Below, piece by piece: positions 11,901 through 42,977 of a stretch of DNA of 64,000 nucleotides. Below the pieces are notes generated by a model that had not been told where the DNA came from, did not search any database, and worked only from the letters and a program-made list of their open reading frames with translations. The stretch's first letter is position 1. Each line of letters begins with the position of its first letter. The translations under genes and the position numbers were made by a program. Where the stretch lies: assembly GCA_002269645.1 (NCBI GenBank), contig NIVC01000686.1, positions 62,001-126,000 of the forward strand, read 5' to 3'. This DNA comes from Macrostomum lignano (Eukaryota).

Positions 11901-13307
11901 CACATAATCTCATAGAATCTCACAGAATCTCATAGAATCTCACAGAATCTCATAGAATCTCACAGAATCTCATAGAATCTCACAGAATCTCATAGAATCT
12001 CACAGAATCTCATAGAATCTCACAGAATCTCATAGAATCTCACAGAATCTCACAGATTCTCACAGATTCTCACAGAATCTCACAGATTCTCACAAAATCT
12101 AATTGAAACTCACAGAATGTCACAAAATGTCACAGCTTCTCACAGGATCTCACAGAATCTCATTAAACACGATAAACTCTCAAAGAATCTCCAGAGGCAG
12201 TCTCACAGTAGAGTACCAAGAGAATTCTACTCAAACTTCACCCCGCCCAGGCGTGGCAGCTCCCGCAGCCACTGTCCATTCTGGATGCCTGGCACGCCGT
12301 TGCCTGCATCGTCGCCGTCTGCTGCCTTCTGAGCGCCGCTGCCGACTCCGTCGCCTCGCCCGGCTCCGCCTCCACCGACAGTTGCTGCTGCTGTTGCTGC
12401 TTCTGCAGCCGCAGCGATGCTCGCGACGACGGTGGCAAGGAGGAAGACCGCGATGACGATGGTGAGCGACACGTCGACGGCTCCGACGCGAACAAAAATG
12501 GCGCCGGCGCCGGCAAGGTGAGAGTTCGGTTTGCTGTGCGGCCTTGCCTGCGTTTTTCCAAGTATAATATCAATAGTAGCAAAGTTAGGACGCTACTGTC
12601 TAGCTACTCACAGTAGCTGATTGGCGCAGACATTCATACCGTATTATGATCTCAACCCTATCCTTGCCTATGTTTTTATTCTCATCCTTTTTTATCCCCG
12701 TAATTTTAATCCTCATACTATGATACCCGTAGTCCTTTGAGATCACATCCTTTGATTACCTCTACCTTTAATTGCCCCATCCTTTGAGCTCGCCCATGCT
12801 TAATCCCCTCCCTGATCCCCTCCCTGATCTCATCCCCGATCCCATCCCTGATCCCCTCCCTGATCCCGTCCCTGATCCCGTCCCTGATCCCATCCCTGAT
12901 CCCGTCCCTGATCCCGTCCCTGATCCTATCCCTGAAACCATCCCCGATCTCCACCCCATCGGCAGCCGGCCTACCGCTCGCCCATCACGGCCTACTCGAA
13001 GGCGCCGCGGTCGACATCCGCCGCGGCGGCCGCCCTCGTGCTGTCAGACTCGTCGGATCATCTCGATCTGTTCAGCACGGCGGGTATCGATGCGTCGGTC
13101 GGCCGAGCTGCCGGACATGGTCGAGGCAGCGGCCGGCATCATCGTCGACGTCGTCAAGTTCGCTGCTGCCGGCTGTGCCGCCGCCTGCTGAGAGCCGCCC
13201 TGCCGCTGGCCTGGGTGGCCTTCAGCGCCGCCTACTGGGCTGTCCTGGCTGTCACTGCGCCTCTGTGCGAGACCCTGCTGCCTGAGTGCTTCCCTGCTGC
13301 TGCCTGA
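8932..13307 (+). CDS. Divergent Cys-loop (pentameric) ligand-gated ion channel-like subunit; exons 8932-9100, 9495-9703, 10321-10403, 10496-10627, 11462-11655, 12251-12517, 12966-13307 (about 464 aa, N-terminal exon(s) not resolved)
   Basis: Seven exons join in frame (intron phases 0,2,1,1,0,0; first donor GC, the rest GT-AG). The translation shows pLGIC landmarks in order: NQILDMSITLELRW (beta2), NLWTPRMAFVNA (loop A), C-x13-C loop CDSSSIRHPLGDQLC, M1 CILAGLLTLLCLSSLFLL, PAAR-M2, M3 LSILDAWHAVACIVAVCCLL, M4 RAALPLAWVAFSAAYW, and a stop at 13305-13307. Confidence 0.85.
9135..9398. repeat. 29-bp intronic minisatellite (TTGACATGATCTGCACATTCTAAACATTC)
   Basis: Direct reading; about 9 copies. 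Confidence 0.9.
9682..9778 (+). repeat. 35-bp triplication spanning an exon/donor junction
   Basis: GGGCAGTGATCTACAGGCTTTGGTGAG(TGTGTCTG) starts at 9682, 9717 and 9752. Confidence 0.95.
9779..10108 (+). mobile_element. SINE-like dispersed repeat, copy 1 (in intron of the Cys-loop gene)
   Basis: About 300 bp are shared with 59304-59605. It has a B-box-like GGCTCGATTCC preceded by a GGCGC/GCGCC anticodon-like stem. Confidence 0.65.
10675..11438. repeat. 20-bp intronic minisatellite (GTGAGGCTTCAGTACAGTTA) with left-to-right variant gradient
   Basis: Direct reading. Confidence 0.95.
11795..12170. repeat. 10-bp intronic repeat (AGAATCTCAY)
   Basis: Direct reading. Confidence 0.95.
12800..12950. 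repeat. 12-bp intronic repeat (CCTGATCCCGTC) abutting a splice acceptor
   Basis: Direct reading. Confidence 0.9.
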
Positions 13308-14225
13308 GTGCTTCCCTACTGCCTGAGTGCTCCCTGCTGCCTGGGTGCTTCCCTACTGCCTGAGTGCTCCCTGCTGCCTGAGTGCTCCCTGCTGCCTGAG
13401 TGCTCCCTGCTGCATGAATGCTTTCCTGCTGACTGAGTGCTCCCTGCTGCCTGAGTGCTCCCTGCTGCATGAATGCTTTCCTGCTGCATGAATGCTTTCC
13501 TGCTGACTGAGTGCTCCCTGCTGCCTGAGTGCTCCCTGCTGCATGAATGCTTTCCTGCTGCATGAATGCTTTCCTGCTGACTGAGTGCTCCCTGCTGCCT
13601 GAGTGCTCCCTGCTGCATGAATGCTTTCCTGCTGCATGAATGCTTTCCTGCTGACTGAGTGCTCCCTGCTGCCTGAGTGCTCCCTGCTGCATGAATGCTT
13701 TCCTGCTGCATGAATGCTTTCCTGCTGACTGAGTGCTCCCTGCTGCCTGAGTGCTCCCTGCTGCCTGAGTGCTCCCTGCTGCATGAATGCTTTCCTGCTG
13801 CATGAATGCTTTCCTGCTGCATGAATGCTTTCCTGCTGCCTGAGTGCTCCCTGCTGCCTGAGTGCTCCCTGCTGCCTGAGTGCTCCCTGCTGCCTGAGTG
13901 CTCCCTGCTGCCTGAGTGCTCCCTGCTGCCTGAGTGCTCCCTGCTGCCTGAGTGCTCCCTGCTGCATGAATGCTTTCCTGCTGCATGAATGCTTTCCTGC
14001 TGACTGAGTGCTCCCTGCTGCCTGAGTGCTCCCTGCTGCCTGAGTGCTCCCTGCTGACTGAGTGCTCCCTGCTGCCTGAGTGCTCCCTGCTGACTGAGTG
14101 CTCCCTGCTGCCTGAGTGCTCCCTGCTGCCTGAGTGCTCCCTGCTGCCTGAGTGCTCCCTGCTGCATGAATGCTTTCCTGCTGACTGAGTGCTCCCTGCT
14201 GCCTGAGTGCTTTCCCGCTGACTGA
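13275..14225. repeat. 18/19-bp two-monomer minisatellite (CTGCTGCCTGAGTGCTCC / CTGCTGCATGAATGCTTTC) overlapping the Cys-loop gene stop codon
   Basis: Direct reading. Confidence 0.95.
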
Positions 14226-14724
14226 CAGCAGCAAGCCTGACTAGCTAAATCTCCATTTACGGACTGACCCAGGCCAGTTTAATGTCTTTTTTTACAATAT
14301 AAATTGGTAACCACCAAGTTCTTATACAATTGTAAATGATTTGCTTCATTATTCCCGAATATTTTTTCGATACAATCGCAACAATCTACTTCACATATAA
14401 GTAATGTCTCTTAATTAATCGTAAACTCCTAACTCACTTAAACTCTTTATTGTTGTTTACGACTCAAGCTTTGTTACCACAGTGAAATCTGCAAACTTCG
14501 TAAAAGAATCTATTAAAGAATCTGCAAATTATTTGTTTATAATACAGTCATGGTTAGGCCTCAAATATCTGAGTCCATTTTCCTCACAAACCGCGCTAAT
14601 AGTCACACCTAGCTACTTGTAGTAGAAATGCGAGCACTGGCATCGATAAATGTTGTCTCAACTTGAATAAAATTAATTGTAATGAAAATGCATTTCACGT
14701 ACTCACTGGAACTACAACTGAAGG

Positions 14725-15500
14725 ACCCCATTGAAGGATACAGGGGCATGGGACAACCCACTGGAGGATAAAAGAGCATGGGACAACCCACTGGAGGATA
14801 CAATGGCATGGGACAACCCACTGGAGGATACAGGGGCATGGGACAACCCACTGGAGGATAAAAGAGCATGGGACAACCCACTGGAGGATACAGAGGCATG
14901 GGACAACCCACTGGAGGATACAATGGCATGGGACAACCCACTGGAGGATACAGGGGCATGGGACAACCCACTGGAGGATAAAAGAGCATGGGACAACCCA
15001 CTGGAGGATAAAAGAGCATGGGACAACCCACTGGAGGATAAAAGAGCATGGGACAACCCACTGGAGGATACAGAGGCATGGGACAACCCACTGGAGGATA
15101 AAAGAGCATGGGACAACCCACTGGAGGATACAGAGGCATGGGACAACCCACTGGAGGATACAATGGCATGGGACAACCCACTGGAGGATACAGGGGCATG
15201 GGACAACCCACTGGAGGATAAAAGAGCATGGGACAACCCACTGGAGGATAAAAGAGCATGGGACAACCCACTGGAGGATAAAAGAGCATGGGACAACCCA
15301 CTGGAGGATACAGAGGCATGGGACAACCCACTGGAGGATACAAGGGCATGGGACAACCCACTGGAGGATACAGAGGCATGGGACAACCCACTGGAGGATA
15401 AAAGAGCATGGGACAACCCACTGGAGGATAAAAGAGCATGGGACAACCCACTGGAGGATAAAAGAGCATGGGACAACCCACTGGAGGATACAGGGGCAAG
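14725..15500. repeat. 30-bp minisatellite (ATGGGACAACCCACTGGAGGATAAAAGAGC), about 26 copies with higher-order variant order
   Basis: Direct reading. Confidence 0.95.
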
Positions 15501-15658
15501 CGGCAACCCAACTCCGTCACTCTTAAACTCCCCTGAGTAACTTATGCCCTGCAACCATTACTCGTAAATAATCTCTCCGCCTTACTTTTACTCTGCATAA
15601 TTTGACCTATTTCGCGTTGAAAGTGTCTCAACTTAACATTTTTTATTGTCATATCTGC

Positions 15659-16634
15659 GGGTCGCCATCATAAGCTCGAAAAATCATATCGTCGAAAACA
15701 AGGCTCCATCACAATCTCGAAAAGTCATAAGCTCGAAAAATCATATCGTCGAAAACAAGGCTCCATCACAATCTCGAAAAGTCATAAGCTCGAAAAATCA
15801 TATCGTCGAAAATAAGGCTCCATCACAATCTCGAAAAGTCATAAGCTCGAAAAATCATATCGTCGAAAACAAGGCTCCATCACAATCTCGAAAAGTCATA
15901 AGCTCGAAAAATCATATCGTCGAAAATAAGGCTCCATCACAATCTCGAAAAGTCATAAGCTCGAAAAATCATATCGTCGAAAATAAGGCTCCATCACAAT
16001 CTCGAAAAGTCATAAGCTCGAAAAATCATATCGTCGAAAATAAGGCTCCATCACAATCTCGAAAAGTCATAAGCTCGAAAAATCATATCGTCGAAAATAA
16101 GGCTCCATCACAATCTCGAAAAGTCATAAGCTCGAAAAATCATATCGTCGAAAATAAGGCTCCATCACAATCTCGAAAAGTCATAAGCTCGAAAAATCAT
16201 ATCGTCGAAAACAAGGCTCCATCACAATCTCGAAAAGTCATAAACTCGAAAAATCATATCGTCGAAAAATTTAGCAGCCACCATCACAAGCTCGAAAAAT
16301 CACATCGTCGAAACCCCAAGGCACTAACCCTAACCCCAAGGCACTAACCCTAACCCCAACCCTAACCTAACCCTAAACCCTAACTTAAAGGCACTAGTTC
16401 TAACCCCGACCCTAACCCTAAACCCTAACCCTAAGGCACAAGTTCTAACCCCAACCCTAAACTTAACCCTAAACCCTAACCCTAAGGCACAAGCTCTAAC
16501 CCTAACCATGTTCGAGCTTGTGATGGTGGTTGCTAAACTTTTCGACGATATGACTTTTCGAGCTTATGATTTTTCGAGATTGTGATGGTAGATGCTTTTC
16601 GACGATGTGACTTTTCGAGCTTGTGATGGCACCC
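15659..16634. mobile_element. Complete non-autonomous DNA transposon (Merlin-like) with tandem-repeat arms and telomere-like core
   Basis: Perfect 8-bp TSD ATATCTGC (15651-15658 and 16635-16642). TIRs of about 23 bp: GGGTCGCCATCATAAGCTCGAAAA versus the reverse complement GGGTGCCATCACAAGCTCGAAAA. About 10 copies of a 57-bp unit in the left arm, about 2 inverted units in the right arm, and a CCCTAA-rich core at ~16315-16506. Confidence 0.88.
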
Positions 16635-17095
16635 ATATCTGCCCCCTGTTTATATGAGCGCAATACTGAACACAAAAGGTTTCTAGAGTCGGTTACTCGT
16701 GGGTAGCCCCCCCCCTTAGGGTTGGTCGGAGACAGGAGGTCTCTGGTTGGTTGGCCTGTTAGCCGTCCGCCCCTCCTCTCCATTCGCAGCCAAGAGAGGG
16801 ACAATAAATAGCGTATTCGGATTGAGGAGGCTTGAAGCTCAGCCCCCCTCCCTCCAGAACGGCTGCTATTCTATAAAGCAGACCTCTTTACTCAGCCTGT
16901 TCTCTCTGTGCATCAAGCAGTCTTGTTCGCCACTTACCCTCCCTTCTCAAGTGTCTTTTCGAATATTCGAATCTTTAATTTCCTCTTGAGTTGTCTAGTT
17001 GAATATATATTTTTTGTTTTGCCTGCAAAAGAATCCAAACACCTCCATAAAGATGTTGCTTTTGCTATAATGAGCATTTCTACATTGGTGCGGCA

Positions 17096-32456
<15,361 letters not shown>

Positions 32457-32929
32457 TAAATAGTTGATTATTATTAGCAGCGACTTGCTTTTCCGCCTAC
32501 TGAGCAGCTGTTTATCAGTAGGCAGCGAAGGAAAAATTTTCCGTTTCAAATAGAAACGAACTGTAACTGCCTCAGCGCTGAATTACGTATTACTGCCTAA
32601 TCTGAGTGCTTCTAGCTCGTTAAGTGGTGATTTTTTACGATAATCGCTGCATAGAAATCGCTCAATATTGTCCAGTTCTGTTACTGTTCAGTTCTGCTTC
32701 TGGCTGTGAGTTCTTTGTACCGCTTAGATTGATTGCACTTTCGAGTAGGACTCAGTCTGCACCTATCTGTTACAGACGCCAATTCGTTCTAGTGAATTAG
32801 TTGAACAAATGTAGCTCGTAAATGGTGTATTTTTTAATCTGCATCAATCTCTGCATCAAACTGTTTTTCACCAGGGAACTAGATTTATAAAAGGACTAAT
32901 TCGGTTTGAAACAAAAATGCACTTTCCAT

Positions 32930-33182
32930 ACTTCCTCCTCTCCCCGCCTCTCTCCCTCCGCCTCTCTCCCCGCCTCTCTCCCTCCGCCTCTCTCCCCGCC
33001 TCTCTCCCCGTCTCTCTCCCGCCTCTCTCCCTCCGCCTCTCTCCCCGCCTCTCTCCCTCCGCCTCTCTCCCCGCCTCTCTCCCGCCTCTCTCCCCGCCTC
33101 TCTCCCGCCTCTCTCCCCGCCTCTCTCCCGCCTCTCTCCCCGCCTCTCTCCCCGCCTCTCTCCCCGCCTCTCTCCCCGCCTT
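32930..33182. repeat. CT/C-rich ~12-bp repeat (CTCTCCCCGCCT)
   Basis: Direct reading. Confidence 0.9.
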
Positions 33183-33579
33183 CGAACTTTGTTTGCTAAC
33201 TATAACTGCTGTCCATAGTGTGCTATTATCTCATAGGTTGGAAAATTGTTTAAATTTTGTACAGAATTGTCACCTTTGTACAGCCTCTAATAACCCGCCA
33301 TTCGTTTGCAAAGCATGTAAAATTGATCAATTGATTAGCCAATCAAATATATCTCGTTAATTCGAGTAGCAAGGAGTATTTGTTAAATAATAAGCATTCT
33401 CTGCCTCTAGACTTGGGTATGACTTTTTCTACGAGTATATTGAAGTATATTGACAAATTATTTTTACGTTGGATTTTTGTTCATTGTGCTCATGGACAAT
33501 ACGAAAGAAGATGCGACGAAACTGCACAGGAGAATGATGACAGGGAGGAAGAGCAGATTAGAGAGATGAGTAGCAGAAC

Positions 33580-34190
33580 AGAGGAGAGAGATGAGAGGGG
33601 AGAGTAGAGGAGAGGGATGAGAGGAGAGAGGAGAGGGGAGAGGAGAGATTAGAGAAGAGGAGAGAGATAAGAGGAGAGAGATGAGAGGAGAGTGGTGAGA
33701 GGAGAGAAATGAGAGGGGAGAGTAGAGGAGAGAGATAAGAGGAGAGAGATGAGAAGGAAGAGTCGAGGAAAGTGATGAGAGTGGAGAGTAGAGGAAAGAG
33801 GTGAGAGGAGAGAGATGAGAGGACAGAGATGGGAGGAGAGAGATGAGAGGGGAGGAGAGAGATGAGAGGAGCGATAACATCTGAGCGGAGAGGGGAGAGA
33901 TGAGAGTGGAGAATAGAGGGAGATAAGAGGAGATATAACATCTGAGCGGAGAGGGGAGAGATGAGAGTGAAGAATAGAGGGAGATAAGAGGAGATATAAC
34001 ATCTGAGCGGAGAGGGGAGAGATGAGAGTGAAGAATAGAGGGAGATAAGAGGAGATATAACATCTGAGCGGAGAGGGGAGAGATGAGAGTGAAGAATAGA
34101 GGGAGATAAGAGGAGATATAACATCTGAGCGGAGAGAGGAGAGGAGAGGGGAGAGCAGTGATAACTTCTGAACGGAGAGGAGAGGGCTCA
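33580..34190. repeat. GA-rich low-complexity tract ending in a ~60-bp tandem unit
   Basis: Direct reading. Confidence 0.85.
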
Positions 34191-34784
34191 GTCAATGACA
34201 TTAAAGCTAAACTGCAATCCGAACTCACTCAACAAGCACACAGCCTTCATTAAGCAATCAATACAATTTTGTCGAATTACGAGTATTCTAGGGCGCCCTG
34301 CTGCAACGGCATTCGTTCGCGCCGCTAATTAGGAAACAGTGGACCAGAGCGTTTTTTGCCTGGCATGGAACAGCAGTTTCCTAGCCAGGCCCTGCCCAGC
34401 CGGCAGCAAATGTTTTAACGAACAAAATCTGTCTTCGTTGCAGAGAGCCATTTTGTCTCTGGTTTTGTCCGTTGCAGACAGACGCTGACTAAGCAGTGCC
34501 CATAGCAACCGGAGCTTTGCATTCTAGAAGCGTTAGAGGCAGAACGTTGGGAAGAAAGAAAGGGGAAAATGGGTGAATAAGCGCGCGCGAAGGCGGCTGG
34601 CTGCTGGCGGTATCGCAATATCTCTTGCTTTCTCTCTGAAAGAATCAAGGAGTTCCAGATTCAGAACCTGGAGTGTAGAAGCAGTGTTGATCAGAGGCCT
34701 GTATGACTTGACGCCGAAAAATTTAATTGGCGTCAAATTTTAATTAACTGGCGCCAATTTAATGTCTGGGGCGTTAAATTGGCG

Positions 34785-35716
34785 CCTCAGGCACTCACTT
34801 GAGCGCCGCAGGCACTCACTTTAGCGCCGCAGGCACTCACTTTAGCGTCACAGGCACTCACTTTAGCGCCGCGGGCACTCACTTTAGCGCCACAGGCACT
34901 CACTTTAGCGCCGCGGGCACTCATTTTAGCGCCGCAGGCACTCATTTTTGCGTCGCAGGCACTCATTTTAGCGCCGCAGGCACTCATTTTAGCGTCATGG
35001 GCACTCATTTTAGCGCCACAGGCACTCATTTTAGCGCCATAGGCACTCATTTTAGCGCCACAGGGACTCATTTTAGCGCCATAGGCACTCATTTTAGCGC
35101 CGCAGGCACTCATTTTAGCGTCATGGGCACTCATTTTAGCGCCACAGGCACTCATTTTAGCGCCATAGGCACTCATTTTAGCGCCACAGGGACTCATTTT
35201 AGCGCCGCAGGCACTCATTTTAGCGCCGCAGGCACTCATTTTAGCGTCGCAGGCACTCATTTTAGCGTCGCAGGCACTCATTTTAGCGCCACAGGGACTC
35301 ATTTTAGCGCCGCAGGCACTCATTTTAGCGCCGCAGGCACTCATTTTAGCGCCATAGGCACTCATTTTAGCGCCACAGGGACTCATTTTAGCGCCACAGG
35401 GACTCATTTTAGCGCCACAGGGACTCATTTTAGCGCCGCAGGCACTCATTTTAGCGCCATAGGCACTCATTTTAGCGCCACAAGGACTCATTTTAGCGCC
35501 ACAGGGACTCATTTTAGCGCCGCAGGCACTCATTTTAGCGCCACAGACACTCATTTTAGCGCCGCAGGCACTCATTTTAGCGTCGCAGGCACTCATTTTA
35601 GCGCCACAGACACTCATTTTAGCGCCGCAGGCACTCATTTTAGCGCCACAGACACTCATTTTAGCGCCGCAGGCACTCATTTTAGCGTCGCAGGCACTCA
35701 TTTTAGCGTCGCAGGC
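34785..35716. repeat. 21-bp minisatellite (AGCGCCGCAGGCACTCATTTT), about 44 copies, preceded by two hairpins
   Basis: Direct reading. The inverted repeats TTGACGCC/GGCGTCAA and GGCGCCAATTTAA/TTAAATTGGCGCC lie at ~34707-34786. Confidence 0.95.
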
Positions 35717-36160
35717 CCTCAAATCCAGGTTATCCACTCCAAAGCTTTATATTTAGAGCTCCACGGAGGGAATGTCCGGACGCAGCCATGACTCAGCCAG
35801 GTATTGCCTATTGCGGCATCCGAAAGCTGACAGACGCCCTCTGCTGCGGCAAATATTTTCAAGGGGTTGCCGGGCAGTTTTTGCTTGGGAAGGGAGGGAC
35901 GATGAAGGCGCAGAGGAGTTCGGTACTCGACGGTGTTCGTTCGGTCCAGCCTCTTGCATCCAGCCAGCCAATCCTATCACCCTCACCCTCACCAAGCCAG
36001 CCCGCCCGCTCTCTCAGCTTACCTGGTCTAGATAAATTTTACAGCAGCCGATGGAAGCCACGCGATAAGCGGTAGGTTGAAATAATAACTGCGGAACTTC
36101 ATTTCGTGTGTCTTTGCGCGACCCCTGACAGTTCAGCTTTGTGTCCCGCTTAATTCTACA

Positions 36161-42100
<5,940 letters not shown>

Positions 42101-42255
42101 TCAGCTGATTCACTGATGGGGTGCTCAAGATTGCTGAGCATCGAGTGACGTCACTTTTCATTTGCCTATTCACGGATAGACTGTCTTCCCTATTCCCACA
42201 TGTCAATACAGTACTACTGTCAATACAGTACTGCTGTCAATACAGCACTACTCTC

Positions 42256-42261
42256 AATAAA
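42256..42261 (+). promoter_or_regulatory. Candidate tubulin polyadenylation signal AATAAA inside a 17-bp tandem repeat (42192-42290)
   Basis: It lies 156 nt after the stop; neighbouring units read AATACA. Confidence 0.45.
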
Positions 42262-42977
42262 GCACTGCTGTCAATACAGCACTGCTGTCAATCACCGTAG
42301 AAAGGTTTTAAATTTATTGCTTTTGTTCAAAAAGCTTTGAAAAAATGTGAACTAAAGGCTACATCTTCTTTCTGATGATCCCAAATCTCTAAAATGCTTT
42401 AGTGCTTGACTGTTTATTAAAACACCTTTAAAGACAAATATTATGCTCAAACCATTGCTTTTCTGTGTTTTAATAACAAAAAAAAGTTTTATTTTTTTTC
42501 TTCATTTTTAAAAATTTTATTTGAAATTTTGTATACGTAAGTGTGCATGGTTCTGAAACTACCAGTATTTGAAAAAGTTAAAGCCTCGTAATTTACTGCT
42601 TTCAGCGCTAACCCTACTTTTTGATCTCTATTCGCCTTCTAACAGCCATATTGAAACTGTTTCAATTTTGATCTCTTCGTTAAAAGAAGGATCGGATCCT
42701 TTAATGCGAGAGATTTTTATTATTCTTCACAAGAATTATCTGGCTAATAAACGCTGCTGCTCGAGAGCGTTTGCACTGGGCAATTGGTCTAATTTTTGCT
42801 GCATAAGCTACCATCCTTTTGGAAAACAAACTAATGTGCTTTTCAGTATTTCTTCCTTGACTTTTAATCAGTCTGAGAATTCGGAAGGTCGATAAAGCTG
42901 AAGGGTTAGAGATAAGAGAAGCGGAACTTCGACCCGGAAATGGGTGAAAATGGTTACCAATTTTAGAACCATTTTAA

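Noticed and set aside
13252-16347. Long repetitive ORFs (QQGALR, AWDNPLED, ISSKNHIVENK) as repeat proteins
   Set aside because: They coincide exactly with minisatellites, are open in several frames and on both strands, and lack unique flanking coding sequence. The same applies to the ORFs at 25707-26681, 34787-35791, 37883-39089, 40437-41346 and 54972-55847.
16315-16506. True telomere or chromosome fusion site
   Set aside because: The repeats are degenerate, in a single orientation, and enclosed within a TIR/TSD-bounded element.
35750-36030. Divergent minus-strand transcript from the tubulin promoter (CAG|GTAAGC donor at 36022)
   Set aside because: A single good donor with no supportable downstream coding exon.
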